DNA of 64,000 nucleotides from a virus, in IMG/VR virus record IMGVR_UViG_3300009702_000018, positions 39,046 to 103,045 of that record. The stretch is one strand, 5' to 3'. A program made the position numbers and the translations under genes. How positions within the stretch are numbered: the stretch's first letter is position 1; each line of letters opens with the position of its first letter. Shown here one piece after another: positions 1-10,958 of this stretch. The notes under the pieces were generated by a model. The model made no database searches, had not been told where the DNA came from, and was given only the letters and a program-made list of their open reading frames with translations.

Positions 1-1173
1 TCCTGCAAAATCTATAAATTTTTTCTTCTCATAAAAAGATGATCCACAAATACCTGCCTCTGTCAATAAAATTTCATATGCTTTATATATTTCCCAACCA
101 TCAAATGTTCTTGGTTTCAAATTTCCATTAACATATCCAGGTATATTTGTCAAATAACCTGCTTGGATATAATCTATTTTTGTGGGAGCAGACAAATTAA
201 CAGAATCTTTTAAAAATACAGAATAATCATAGCAAGTAATAAATAGAACATCAGCTCCATTAGATTTATATTTTTTCTCGATTTTTCTTATTTGTCCAGT
301 AAACTTTGTCATTAATTCATCTTCACCCTGAGAGTTTCTATATCCCTCGCTATATCGAATCATTCGATATTCTTTTAGTGTTTGTCCAGATGATTTTTCT
401 ATATATGTTTTACTTGTTGAAACATAGTAATACCCAAATTTATTATAATAAGAAGATGAAGAAATAAAAGGAACTTCAAATGTAAAAATTGATTTTCCAT
501 CTTCATTTTCTGTATATGAAGTTTTGCTAACATGTGAAAGTTCTGTAAAAGCGATAGAACCAAGCCCAGCATAAGAAATAGGATAAAATTGTTCTCCACC
601 TATTAGCTGATATTCAGAAGTAATACTTGCACTATCTGTTTTCCACAATCCAACAAACCCATATTCTTTTTGTTGTTCTGGAGTATATAGAATAAATATT
701 GAATATATATCACCTTGAGTTAAATCAACACTTGAAACATGATAATTCTGATCTTCAAAATTCATACTATAAGAAGTAGCCAATGTTTGTGTGGCACCAC
801 GAAATATGTAAAATCCTATATTCCCTGACCCACCAAAAGCAAAATAATGTTTCCCCGTATAATTACATGTAAAATAATTTGTCATATTAATTGACCATTT
901 GTAAGTATCTTGCCAATTAATAATAGTATCTGGTCTTTGATTCCCATAATAAAATTTACAATTAGGAACAACTCCAGAATAAGAACCAATTTGTTGGGAA
1001 GTAGAGGTTAAGGTATTCCACCTCACATTAAGTCCATATGATAAAGTATTATATACTGTATTAGCATATTCCACTTTGTTAATCGGGATATTGCGTTTTT
1101 GAAAAAAGGGCTCTAATCTATTTTTTTGTTCAAAAACAACATTTTGACTGGGTGTTGATAATGTTTCTATCAT
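1..1173 (-). CDS. Baseplate hub/tail-associated protein, partial (runs off the window); possible PA14-like N-terminal domain
   Basis: Not in the ORF track. Read manually from ATG at 1173 (ATGA overlap with the upstream gene): MIETLSTPSQ... open to base 1. Contains hub-like FTGQIRKIEKKY...LFITCYD and lies after the tape measure and Dit-like genes. Confidence 0.6.
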   Translation of the reverse strand, partial: MIETLSTPSQNVVFEQKNRLEPFFQKRNIPINKVEYANTVYNTLSYGLNVRWNTLTSTSQQIGSYSGVVPNCKFYYGNQRPDTIINWQDTYKWSINMTNYFTCNYTGKHYFAFGGSGNIGFYIFRGATQTLATSYSMNFEDQNYHVSSVDLTQGDIYSIFILYTPEQQKEYGFVGLWKTDSASITSEYQLIGGEQFYPISYAGLGSIAFTELSHVSKTSYTENEDGKSIFTFEVPFISSSSYYNKFGYYYVSTSKTYIEKSSGQTLKEYRMIRYSEGYRNSQGEDELMTKFTGQIRKIEKKYKSNGADVLFITCYDYSVFLKDSVNLSAPTKIDYIQAGYLTNIPGYVNGNLKPRTFDGWEIYKAYEILLTEAGICGSSFYEKKKFIDFAG

Positions 1174-1589
1174 ATTTTCTCGGGTTGTAATAAAAGTTCA
1201 ACTTTATCATATATTAAATTTCCACCGGACGCAGGAGTAGTTTTAATTGTTACAATTTGAGCTTTCTTCCAATCTGCACTTGAAGCTTCAATTGGCCATC
1301 TATAGTTTGCAATTTGAATATCATTAAAATCAAAATATCTTATTTCACCTTCCAATGGTCTAAAATAATTGATAATATCACTTAAAGCAGCATTATCCAT
1401 AGGGAATCTTACCCAAGTCATTGTTCTTACTCTGCTATCAAAAGCTCGTTCTTGATAACAATCTGATCCATGTAAAATATCTATTTTTTCTACATCAGCA
1501 GCATCAACAGGATTATATATACTTGGATTAACTCCAAAAGTAAAATTAGCAGGTCCTGGTAATACACTTGTTACTTGTATTCTGATCAT
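1170..1589 (-). CDS. Distal tail (Dit-like) protein
   Basis: 139 aa, directly after the tape measure gene, ATGA-coupled. Confidence 0.5.
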   Translation of the reverse strand: MIRIQVTSVLPGPANFTFGVNPSIYNPVDAADVEKIDILHGSDCYQERAFDSRVRTMTWVRFPMDNAALSDIINYFRPLEGEIRYFDFNDIQIANYRWPIEASSADWKKAQIVTIKTTPASGGNLIYDKVELLLQPEKI

Positions 1590-4500
1590 ACTGGTACAAA
1601 CCCCCGACTACCCGAATTTTGAATTTGAACATCATAATCTCCTGATAGTACTTGTTTAATTGTTTCAGCAATATGAGCATCATTTGTTGAATTAATATGT
1701 ATTGTAATTGCAGGATTTCCATATCCATAATTGCCAGTAGGAAGATTAAATCGTGTTGGGGCATTATATATTTTCTTATCAATTTCTTTTAAGGCTATTG
1801 TATTTTGAATTGTTGCATTTGTATTTTGATCCATTGCTTTTGATAATGGTTCTTGTTTTTTTGGTCTATGTCCAAATAATCCCCCAAATAATCCTCCAAG
1901 AATTCCACCAGCAAGACCAAATAGAGGTCCTCCAAAAATACTCATTAATGTGCCAGGATTTTTAAACAAATTAGTAAATAAAGATTGTCCTATTGCAGAT
2001 CCAAATCCAACTCCTACTGATGCACCTTTATTTTTTGTTCCAACAAGACTGGCTGCTAATGTATAACTTATCATTGAAGCAAATGATTTTAAATTACTCT
2101 GTAAATCATTTAATTCTTTGACTGTTTGTTTGGGAGTGGGATCATTTTTTGGATTGTTTTGTTTTGTTGCATCTAAAATACTTTTATTTGTATTTAAAGT
2201 TTTTTCTGCTGTATTTTCTAAATTAGATGTATCAATTGCTTCGGGTTTTATACCAACTATTTTTGCCATATAAGCAGCAGTATTGATCGTTGGTGCTGTT
2301 TGTGCTATTGTATTTACATATTTATTTTTTTCAACAGACTCTATTTTTGTTGTAATAGTTGTAGGGATTTGATTTACGGAAGTATTAAAATAATCAACTA
2401 CTTTTTTAAATTCAGTTGTATCAATCTTTTCTGGTTTTATTCCTACTACTTTATTAGTATATTTTTCTTGATTAATGGGTTTTATATTATGAAGAGCAGC
2501 AAGAACATAATCAATTATCTTTTTCAAGCTTATAAGAAATTTATCATTTGCTGAATTCAATTTAACAAAATAAGTATTATATATATTTGATAATTGATTT
2601 TGATAATCTTTATTAATTGCTTTTAATTTTGTTGCATATTCTGTTTGTAAAGCAGATAGAGCCTTCATATATCCTTGTTGAAAATTATTAGTAGCATTAG
2701 TGATTGAATCACCAATAAGTTTACCCACATCTTGATTTTTATTAACTTTAATATTAGATAAATTTTCAGCAAATTGATTAACTAAGTTTTTATAAAAAGC
2801 ATCACTAATACTGCTCATTACATCTAAAACAATAGTTTTAATCTCTTTCCAGCCCTTACGATACTCTTTCATTTCGTCTTTTACAAGGTTCAATCTATTT
2901 TTAGCATCTTGAATTGATTTTTGATCTCCGCTCATTCGAGCATTTTGTAAATCTATTTCCGCTTGTTTTATTTCATAAGATAAATCTTTTCTTTTCTGGG
3001 AATTCTCTAAAATATTATTTGGTAAATCAGTGAAAGCATCTTTAATTGTATTTTTAAATATTTTGGCATTATCAACACTATTCTCCATTACCTTATCAAT
3101 ACGAATTTTAAATTCTTTATCTAATAACTTTATTCTTTCTTTGTGTTCTGTATTAGCGGCTTTTAAAACAGCTTTATATTGTTTTTCTGCAGATAATAAT
3201 GGGAATTTTTTATTATCAAATGACTTTGCAATTTCTTTACCTTGCTGGACAATTAAATTTGTTCTTTCTTTTTCAAGAGCAATTATTTCTTGTTCTTTAT
3301 TGGGGAATTTCGACAAATATTTTAATTGTAATTCGACATTTTTAATTGAAGTATCATAGCGAGCATTAATGTCATTTTGAAGTAAAATATTTTCTTTTGA
3401 TTCTTTATTATATTCTCTAATATATTTTAATGCTTTCACAAAATATTTAGATATATCTAATTGATTAAGAAGTTGCTTATAACTTGCTAAATCATTTTTA
3501 GCTTTGGTTAATTCTTTATTAATATCTGGTATGGGAGTCGCTGAACCCGCTGCAATCTGCGAATATTGTGTAGGAATATCTTTTAATAGCTTAGGAATGC
3601 TTTCTAAAACTTTTAAATTTGATTTGTTTATTATACCATTCTTCATTGGGAGTTTCGTTTCCAATATGTCTTTCATTTTTGTTAAATTATTTATTTTATC
3701 TGTGGTATCAGAAATCTTTATTGCTAAATCTTGAAATTTTGTTCCAGTAGTTTTTACTATATCAACCATCTTACTTATTTTAAAAGCATTTTCATCAACT
3801 ACTTTACCAAATAGTAAACTACTCTTCAATACATTAAATTGTTCTGTGGTAGTTTTAAATTTTTTGATTAAAGAATCCATTGATTTAGAAAAAGTAATAA
3901 TATCATTTGAAGGTTTTGTTCCTATTTCAAGAGTAGTTTTAATTTTATTCTTGTTTCCATTTAATTTATCAATTTCTATTTGATCTTTCGCTATTGATAC
4001 TCCAATCTCATTTAATATTCTTCCTAATTGACCCAAAGTACCAAATTGTCCTTTAACCCAAATAAAAGTACTTTTTAATTGTTGTCCTATATCTGCATAA
4101 AGTTCTTGTGTTAATTTTTTATTTCCTAAAATTTTTGAAAGAAATTCTTTTGTATCTGATATATTTCCTATTGCATTCTTATCTTTTACAAGACGATCTT
4201 TAAAGGTTTTAATAGCCTCATCAACAGCATTTTGTATCCTATATGTAATTGTTTTACTTTCTTCGTCTGAAATACCCAACATATTTGCATATTTTTTAGC
4301 AAGACCTGTTTCAGTGAGTGATTCTTTAGCCTGATTTGATGCATCTTTAATGGCATTCACCATATTTTTAATATAAGTATCTATAGATTCTTTTAGATGA
4401 TATTTGGGGGGAGTTAAAAATACATCTTCAAAACCTAGATTAATTTTTTGATTTTTAAAAATCATTTTTCTAATATCTGACATAAAAGACATAAAATTAA

Positions 4501-7141
4501 ATCTTTTAAGAAAATAAGCCTGAAATTCTTTTCCTGTAAGTTCTGATGGGGGCGTTTCAAGCGGTAAAGGAGTTTTATTAAGATTTTTAAAGGTTTCATT
4601 AATTTTTTCTTTAAAATCTTTCAACATTTTTATCTGTTTTGTAAATCCTGCCATTTCACCCGTTAATTGAATAATTCTTGATTCTTTTAGATTTTTATTT
4701 ATTTGTTCTAAATCTTTAATTTGTTGAATATTTCTTTTATGCAAATTATCATTGGCTGTAATTACATTATTTATGGCTGTTGTAGTATTTGTATGTGCAT
4801 TTGTTAAAGTATTAGTGGCATCAATAAGTTCATAACTTGAATTGGATAATAATTTAAGATCTGCTACCATTTTAGTTAAAATACCGGCTTTTATATTTGG
4901 TTTATTAGCCCTGTCAAGTGCAATTCTATAGTTAATTAACTCTTTGGTAACATCTGTAGTAAGTTTGTTTTCTTCTTTTAAACTCTTTATACGATCTTCT
5001 GTTACTTTAATGGAATCTTTTAAACTCATAGTAGTTTTAATAACAGCATTTGATGCAACACTTTGAGAAGATCCAAATAATGCCCAACCAGCAGAAATTA
5101 AACCAATGGCTATACTTGCTGCCATTAATACAGTACCAAATGTTCCCATTGCTAATTTTATGCCATTAATAGCACCTATAAATCCGACTGAAGAAGCAGT
5201 TGCAGCTTCTTCGGATGCTTCAAATCCTATTGTTTGTGCTGTTGCCGCCCCTGTTACTATTCCATATTCTATCATTTTGGCATGTAATCTTCCCATAATA
5301 AATTTGAAACCTGCAATAGCAATCGACCCAATTGTAACAACACTTCCAAATGCAACAACAGAGGCAACAATTCTTCCTAAAACGCCATGAAAGAAATTGA
5401 GTACTTTTAAAACACCCTTTAATAAGAATACAAGACCCGATAAAGGACCAGCTAATGATTGACCCACAATAACTCCAAATTGTGTTAATGCTGCAGCAGC
5501 CTGTTCCCATGATTTTTTAAAAGTATTTAATGTTAATTGATTAGCTTGTAATGCTTCTGTACTGGCTCGCTGTGCTTTAATTGTGGCTGCTGTTTTCATA
5601 TTATAATTATCCATTAATGCTATAAAATCAGCATATCTTCTAATTCCACCAAATGTAACAGCAATATGTGCTTTTTCAACAGAAGATAAATTTCCCCACT
5701 TTTTATGTAAATCATCTAATACGTCATCTAAATCTCTTAATTCACTTGCATTCTTTAAAACAGCAACACCAATATTTTCAAATACACTTATAACTTTTTT
5801 TCTTGGCAATCTGGCAAACATAGTTTTTAAAGATTGACCAATGGCTGAACCAGATTTTCTGGTAATAGCTCCAATAGCAGCGACATACCCAGCTAAATCA
5901 TTAAGATCAACTCCCACAACTTTTGCAGCAGCACCTACAGCTTTTAATGAATTGGCAAGATCTTGAGCAGTAACAGGAAAATTCTTTTGAACTACTAACC
6001 ATTTAGATATAACTTGAGTAACATTGGACGCTTGAACCCCATAAGTAAATATAGCAGAAGTGAGAGCTTCTGTAACTTCTGTAGCAGTAGAACCTAAAGC
6101 GTTAACACCAACTAAAGTTGCCGACATAGCAGCTAATACATCATTTTGTTTTAATCCCGTTTGTGCCCAAACTTTCATAGATTTAATAATGTCGCCAACA
6201 CCAACACCAAAAGTTTTACTTAGATTAAAAGCTTCTGTTCTATATTTTTTAATACTATCTGTATTTTGATCAATAACCTTCTGTAAGTCAGCTAAAAGAA
6301 ATTGAGTATCTGCAAAATCTTTAATAGATTTTTTAGTTGCATCTATTGCACCTCTCATTAAAAAGAAAGCAACACGATAACGAATTAATTTTCCAATAGC
6401 AACACCGATTTGTTTATTAAGCTTGCCTTGTTCTTCTTCTGTTTTCGCCGTACTACCACTTGCTTTTTGTTGTGCTTTTGCAACTTGATTTAATTCTTCT
6501 CTAACTGTTTCTAATCGTTTAAGATATTTTTCAAATTCTTTAACATCTTTTGGTTGTACAAAGCCTTGTGTAAAATTACTTTGAACTCCCAATCTTCTAT
6601 TCATTAACGCATATATATCTATTATACGTTTTAATTTTTTATTTCTTTGATCATCTATTAATAGAAGATCTTTATTTTTTAGAACTTGATCATCAATTAA
6701 TGTTTGAATTTTTTTATATATGGTTAATTGATCTCGTTGAGATTTAACATTAAGTGTTTTAATCTCATTTATTACTTTTTGGAGTTTGGGAAGATCTTCT
6801 TGTGTAATATCAAAAGAAATAGGAATTTTATGTTGTTTCTCTAACTTTGATATATTATCTATTGTTCTTTTAGACAATTCAGCATCAATAAGAAATCTGA
6901 TTTTATTTCCATGTATTCCTTCAGTAATTTTATAAAATTCAGATAAAAACTTTCTAATATCTCCGGAAGCAATACCAGTTCTTTTAGAAACAGTGTCAAT
7001 AGATTGTATAATTTTATTAATATTACTTGGAGCCACAGTTCCAATTTCTTGATAAATACTAAGTAGTATATTAACCTTGTTGATTACATCTTTAAGACCT
7101 TGAGCCTCAAAAAAGGTTGTAATTGTGTCTTGATTAGCCAT
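1586..7141 (-). CDS. Tail tape measure protein (TP901-type core)
   Basis: 1851 aa, helical. TP901-like core (GSAIGQSLKTMFARL, LRDLDDVLDDL), hydrophobic central segment, GGLFGGLFG near the C-terminus. Confidence 0.92.
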   Translation of the reverse strand: MANQDTITTFFEAQGLKDVINKVNILLSIYQEIGTVAPSNINKIIQSIDTVSKRTGIASGDIRKFLSEFYKITEGIHGNKIRFLIDAELSKRTIDNISKLEKQHKIPISFDITQEDLPKLQKVINEIKTLNVKSQRDQLTIYKKIQTLIDDQVLKNKDLLLIDDQRNKKLKRIIDIYALMNRRLGVQSNFTQGFVQPKDVKEFEKYLKRLETVREELNQVAKAQQKASGSTAKTEEEQGKLNKQIGVAIGKLIRYRVAFFLMRGAIDATKKSIKDFADTQFLLADLQKVIDQNTDSIKKYRTEAFNLSKTFGVGVGDIIKSMKVWAQTGLKQNDVLAAMSATLVGVNALGSTATEVTEALTSAIFTYGVQASNVTQVISKWLVVQKNFPVTAQDLANSLKAVGAAAKVVGVDLNDLAGYVAAIGAITRKSGSAIGQSLKTMFARLPRKKVISVFENIGVAVLKNASELRDLDDVLDDLHKKWGNLSSVEKAHIAVTFGGIRRYADFIALMDNYNMKTAATIKAQRASTEALQANQLTLNTFKKSWEQAAAALTQFGVIVGQSLAGPLSGLVFLLKGVLKVLNFFHGVLGRIVASVVAFGSVVTIGSIAIAGFKFIMGRLHAKMIEYGIVTGAATAQTIGFEASEEAATASSVGFIGAINGIKLAMGTFGTVLMAASIAIGLISAGWALFGSSQSVASNAVIKTTMSLKDSIKVTEDRIKSLKEENKLTTDVTKELINYRIALDRANKPNIKAGILTKMVADLKLLSNSSYELIDATNTLTNAHTNTTTAINNVITANDNLHKRNIQQIKDLEQINKNLKESRIIQLTGEMAGFTKQIKMLKDFKEKINETFKNLNKTPLPLETPPSELTGKEFQAYFLKRFNFMSFMSDIRKMIFKNQKINLGFEDVFLTPPKYHLKESIDTYIKNMVNAIKDASNQAKESLTETGLAKKYANMLGISDEESKTITYRIQNAVDEAIKTFKDRLVKDKNAIGNISDTKEFLSKILGNKKLTQELYADIGQQLKSTFIWVKGQFGTLGQLGRILNEIGVSIAKDQIEIDKLNGNKNKIKTTLEIGTKPSNDIITFSKSMDSLIKKFKTTTEQFNVLKSSLLFGKVVDENAFKISKMVDIVKTTGTKFQDLAIKISDTTDKINNLTKMKDILETKLPMKNGIINKSNLKVLESIPKLLKDIPTQYSQIAAGSATPIPDINKELTKAKNDLASYKQLLNQLDISKYFVKALKYIREYNKESKENILLQNDINARYDTSIKNVELQLKYLSKFPNKEQEIIALEKERTNLIVQQGKEIAKSFDNKKFPLLSAEKQYKAVLKAANTEHKERIKLLDKEFKIRIDKVMENSVDNAKIFKNTIKDAFTDLPNNILENSQKRKDLSYEIKQAEIDLQNARMSGDQKSIQDAKNRLNLVKDEMKEYRKGWKEIKTIVLDVMSSISDAFYKNLVNQFAENLSNIKVNKNQDVGKLIGDSITNATNNFQQGYMKALSALQTEYATKLKAINKDYQNQLSNIYNTYFVKLNSANDKFLISLKKIIDYVLAALHNIKPINQEKYTNKVVGIKPEKIDTTEFKKVVDYFNTSVNQIPTTITTKIESVEKNKYVNTIAQTAPTINTAAYMAKIVGIKPEAIDTSNLENTAEKTLNTNKSILDATKQNNPKNDPTPKQTVKELNDLQSNLKSFASMISYTLAASLVGTKNKGASVGVGFGSAIGQSLFTNLFKNPGTLMSIFGGPLFGLAGGILGGLFGGLFGHRPKKQEPLSKAMDQNTNATIQNTIALKEIDKKIYNAPTRFNLPTGNYGYGNPAITIHINSTNDAHIAETIKQVLSGDYDVQIQNSGSRGFVPV

Positions 7142-7397
7142 TTACTCTATATACCTCTTGCATTTCTGATGCTGGAGTAGTTTTTCTATGTCTATTCATT
7201 TTTTCTTTGAATTTTTTATCTTCAAACCATTTATCTAATAAAACATCATAATTGATAATAAAATCACTGGGACGTTCTTCTTCTTTTAAATTAAATACAT
7301 TATTATTATAAAAACTCATCCAATATAATAGATTTTTTTCATTAATGGTTAAATCATATAAATTACCTTTAAACATTGGCATATGTGTATCTATCAT
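7134..7397 (-). CDS. Tail assembly chaperone, downstream (T-like) part
   Basis: Lies between chaperone and tape measure; frame stays open upstream into the end of 7421-8140. Confidence 0.55.
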   Translation of the reverse strand: MIDTHMPMFKGNLYDLTINEKNLLYWMSFYNNNVFNLKEEERPSDFIINYDVLLDKWFEDKKFKEKMNRHRKTTPASEMQEVYRVNG

Positions 7398-7420
7398 AAT
7401 ATTATATAAGTTTTGTAATT

Positions 7421-8140
7421 CTATGCTTCTTGCAAAGTATCTGATTTCTCTTCCTCCCCGCCGAATAATTGTTCAGCAGGGAGCACTTGAATTATCTCTT
7501 GTGATAAACCAGCCCAAAAGAGAAGAGCTTCTTGTGTAATTTTATATAGCATATCTTGATCTTCTTCTTGATCAAGTGCTTCTATACTATCCCACACTCT
7601 ATCTCCATTAGCAAATTTAACACAATGAGATAATCTTACTTTAATTTCCCTTTCATTAGCTCTGCCTTCAACACTATTATTTAAATATTGATTATGTTCT
7701 TCATACATTTGAGCTATTTTATCTCTATATTCATACCACTTATCTCGATAATAATCTAATTTCTTTTTATTAACTTTATGTTTTTTCCTCATATCAGCAA
7801 CAGCTAATTCAATAAGTTTTATTTCTTCATAATAATCAGCTACTTTTTCTTCTTTATCTTTCCCCCAAATCCCTCGTTGAATTAAAATTTCTTCTAATTG
7901 ATCTTTTGTTAAAATATCAGGATCTTGAATTAACCGATTAAATGTTTTCACATAAGCATCAGTAGCTTCACTTTCAATTTTTGGATTAGTATTATGAATA
8001 TGAATTTCTACATTTTTTTTATCTCTAAAAGTTTCAAAAGTAATTGAACGATATTTTTGTTTAATTTCTTTTTCCGCTTTTTTAATATCAACTTCTGGGA
8101 TTTTATCTCCCAATCTTGGTTCTGCTTTTTGTTTTACCAT
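7421..8140 (-). CDS. Tail assembly chaperone (G-like)
   Basis: Helical, acidic; sits between tail tube and tape measure. Confidence 0.6.
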   Translation of the reverse strand: MVKQKAEPRLGDKIPEVDIKKAEKEIKQKYRSITFETFRDKKNVEIHIHNTNPKIESEATDAYVKTFNRLIQDPDILTKDQLEEILIQRGIWGKDKEEKVADYYEEIKLIELAVADMRKKHKVNKKKLDYYRDKWYEYRDKIAQMYEEHNQYLNNSVEGRANEREIKVRLSHCVKFANGDRVWDSIEALDQEEDQDMLYKITQEALLFWAGLSQEIIQVLPAEQLFGGEEEKSDTLQEA

Positions 8141-8160
8141 AACCTTTCCTCTTTGCTCTG

Positions 8161-8186
8161 AAAAGGGGAAAAATTTCCCCTTTATT
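8161..8186 (-). terminator. Hairpin after the tail tube gene
   Basis: AAAGGGGAA-aaat-TTCCCCTTT inverted repeat. Confidence 0.55.
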
Positions 8187-8188
8187 TA

Positions 8189-9601
8189 TTAAGTCCATCC
8201 ACCAACGACATTAGTTCCGCTGCCAACAATTGAAATATTATCAGCAGTAAAGTTTATTTCGTTAGTAGCATTATTTCCAACTGACACATTGAAATTATTA
8301 GCTTGAACATACATATTCTCAACAGTAATGGTATCTAATAATGTAGTTTTAGCTTTATCTTTATAGATCTGTATTTTTAAGTTATTATATCCATTAAAAT
8401 CAGAAATTGTTAATGATGTAACATTACTCTGTTCATAGTCTTGACTAGTGAGTGCAGCAAAATATTCCAAATCAGAATCTTCAGCAGTAACAGAAACAGT
8501 AACTGGAACAGGGGTTTTCTTTGAAATAGCATAAAATCCATCAGTCCCAAGCTCATATAACTTATCTTCTCCAAGAGCAACATCAATAGTAACAGTTTGT
8601 AGTCTTAATGCTTGACCCGCAGCACTATAAGTTCCCTTACCTGGAGTTTGAGTATTCCATAAATAAGCAGTGATTTGACCTCGTCTAATAGCACCAAGTG
8701 CTCCTGCAGTAGATTCTAATTCCCATCCTGGATCCGTAGCAGCAGAAGAAGATTCCCATAGTGTATAATTTGAAGCAGGCTTAAAAACGACCCATACTCT
8801 ATCAGTAGAATCAGCGGCAGTACTAACCCACGGAGTGGATAACACATCAGAACTAGCAGTAAAAGCACCACTGGCGACTACAGAAGCAGTCATATTGCTT
8901 GTTACTCCACCACCACCAGCAGTACTACGTAGAATTACATTATTAACACCAATTGCTAATACACTTGAACCATCGGGGATAACACTGGTCAAATTAGTAA
9001 AATGTTGACTCGTTCCACCGGCAGTACTAATATTTTCCAAAAGCAATTTAGAACAACGAGCATTTGCCCAATTTCCTAGAAACCAAGTAGCATTATCAGC
9101 AGCCAAAGTGTAATTAGCGGCAGCATTTCCATTGACATCATAAGAAAGATTAACTGCAGTTAAAGCACAGTGGTTCATCCACATAGTACTTGCAGCAGTT
9201 TCAGTTTCTTCATTAAAAGTAGCAGTTATATCACAATACCCATTCAACATATCAGTTTGAGTAATTGTAGCAGCATTGGCACTGGCAGCTTTAATATAAT
9301 ATTTAATATTTGTTCCACCAGCGGCATTAGCAGAAGCACCAGAATAACTACCTCCTTGATCAAGTAAACTATCAGTTAAAAGAGCCAAAGTATCTACTGC
9401 ACCAACGTCATTAGTATCTATTTGAATAGTAACATTTGGAGAATCAGCTATATATTCAACAATGCCAGAATTAGCAAGCTCTTCAGCCTGTTCTCTAGTA
9501 ATATCAACATTCCTACCAAAAGTCTGAACTCGTTTTAATACAATACCATCAGCCATAACAGATATATCAGAAGATTTAGTCTTCTCAGGTTTACTAGCCA
9601 T
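8189..9601 (-). CDS. Major tail tube protein with internal insertion domain
   Basis: 470 aa, Ala/Ser/Thr-rich. Two tube-like segments (LKRVQTFG..DITREQAEEL; LRLQTVTIDVALGEDKLYELG); strong GGAGG RBS. Confidence 0.7.
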   Translation of the reverse strand: MASKPEKTKSSDISVMADGIVLKRVQTFGRNVDITREQAEELANSGIVEYIADSPNVTIQIDTNDVGAVDTLALLTDSLLDQGGSYSGASANAAGGTNIKYYIKAASANAATITQTDMLNGYCDITATFNEETETAASTMWMNHCALTAVNLSYDVNGNAAANYTLAADNATWFLGNWANARCSKLLLENISTAGGTSQHFTNLTSVIPDGSSVLAIGVNNVILRSTAGGGGVTSNMTASVVASGAFTASSDVLSTPWVSTAADSTDRVWVVFKPASNYTLWESSSAATDPGWELESTAGALGAIRRGQITAYLWNTQTPGKGTYSAAGQALRLQTVTIDVALGEDKLYELGTDGFYAISKKTPVPVTVSVTAEDSDLEYFAALTSQDYEQSNVTSLTISDFNGYNNLKIQIYKDKAKTTLLDTITVENMYVQANNFNVSVGNNATNEINFTADNISIVGSGTNVVGGWT

Positions 9602-9617
9602 GTTTGATTCCTCCTTA

Positions 9618-10115
9618 TTATAAATTCGGTAACAATAATAATCCGTCTATCATACTATGATGATTTAATCCTTCAATTGTAGAATCTTCGGGATCAAATG
9701 GGGTAATGGTTAATTTTGATACCCCATAATTACCCAACACAGGGATTCCCGTATAATCCCCTAGTATTGTTGGAAAAGCTGAATTAAAATCATATAAATT
9801 ATATGAATTCTCATTAAGCTCGTTCCACAAAATATACGATAAATCATCTCGTTGTGAATCAGTAATCGCAAAAACGTCAATTGCAATTGTAAACGTAGGC
9901 CATACCTTCGATCCCAATTCAACGTCTCTTCCAAATAATTGACCTACACCGACGGATACAGTAGGCCAAATTATTGGATCTCTTAACTCTGATTCACTTG
10001 GATAACCATCTACAACACGATAATTACCTGACACCCATCCATTTGCTTCAATTATTTCTTCTATCTTATAAATAATTGATAAATGGGCTAATCTTAATAG
10101 ACTCATATTAGGCAT
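9618..10115 (-). CDS. Tail terminator/completion protein
   Basis: WPTVSV...IAIDVFA..DSQRDDL pattern typical of tail terminators; gene position. Confidence 0.65.
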   Translation of the reverse strand: MPNMSLLRLAHLSIIYKIEEIIEANGWVSGNYRVVDGYPSESELRDPIIWPTVSVGVGQLFGRDVELGSKVWPTFTIAIDVFAITDSQRDDLSYILWNELNENSYNLYDFNSAFPTILGDYTGIPVLGNYGVSKLTITPFDPEDSTIEGLNHHSMIDGLLLLPNL

Positions 10116-10743
10116 TACTAAAATATCTCCTCAATTCTTGTCTAACATAAAATCTAAAATCTTTTGCCGCTTGATCACTTTTTAAATATCGTCTTGTATA
10201 TAAAATAAAATGACGAGCAGAAACACCAGGATGTTTAATATAGAACATTTTCATACTTCTAAAATCTTTCATCCAAGCACTTATAGCTTTTCTTTCTTTA
10301 ATGGGATAAAATTTCCATCTATGATCTTCAACACTATAATATCTTCTATATAGTTGTGCCCTAACAAAAGATTTAAATCCTTGTTCTTGCCACTTTAAAT
10401 GTGGAAGATCTCTCTTAATTTCAACTAAATCTCTAATAATATTAAGCTCAAATTTTCCTGGTCCTTTTTTAACTACCATATCTGAATAACCTGGTTTAGT
10501 TCCAAATAATCTATATGTTAAATGTTGATTCAAAGGCTTTCTATGTCTATCTTTTTCTTTTGAAGATCGAGTTGCAAAAAATCTATTTCTTAATATATTA
10601 TAAGCATTTTGTCCAACTTTATATGTGGCTTTTGGTATAATATCTTTCTCAAGCGATTCTTTATATATCTTTCTATAACCTCGTAAATTATTAAGATTAT
10701 ATGAAACAGATAATCCTCGTTTTTTCTTTATAACAAAACCCAT
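10108..10743 (-). CDS. Basic neck/tail completion protein (HK97 gp10-like)
   Basis: Basic protein with HPGVSARHFI C-terminal motif; gene position. Confidence 0.55.
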   Translation of the reverse strand: MGFVIKKKRGLSVSYNLNNLRGYRKIYKESLEKDIIPKATYKVGQNAYNILRNRFFATRSSKEKDRHRKPLNQHLTYRLFGTKPGYSDMVVKKGPGKFELNIIRDLVEIKRDLPHLKWQEQGFKSFVRAQLYRRYYSVEDHRWKFYPIKERKAISAWMKDFRSMKMFYIKHPGVSARHFILYTRRYLKSDQAAKDFRFYVRQELRRYFSNA

Positions 10744-10745
10744 AA

Positions 10746-10958
10746 TTATTCCTGAAGAAAAGTTAACACCCTACATGTATTATTATAAAAAGTATTAATT
10801 TCATCTAATATTACACTTCTAATATTTTTTTTATTTTTGTTATCCATATCCAATAAATCTAAAGCATCTAAAATCTTTTTGATAGCAGTATTTTTATTAG
10901 TTTTTAAATATTCTGTAATATCAACATCCATCTTATTTTTAAAATTATCATAGATCAC
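10746..10958 (-). CDS. Hypothetical protein
   Basis: 70 aa ORF coupled within the neck operon. Confidence 0.6.
   Translation of the reverse strand: MIYDNFKNKMDVDITEYLKTNKNTAIKKILDALDLLDMDNKNKKNIRSVILDEINTFYNNTCRVLTFLQE

Noticed and set aside
1753-6269. Plus-strand ORFs inside the tape measure gene, and similar antisense ORFs across the window
   Set aside because: Shadow ORFs opposite well-supported genes, with no RBS or motifs.
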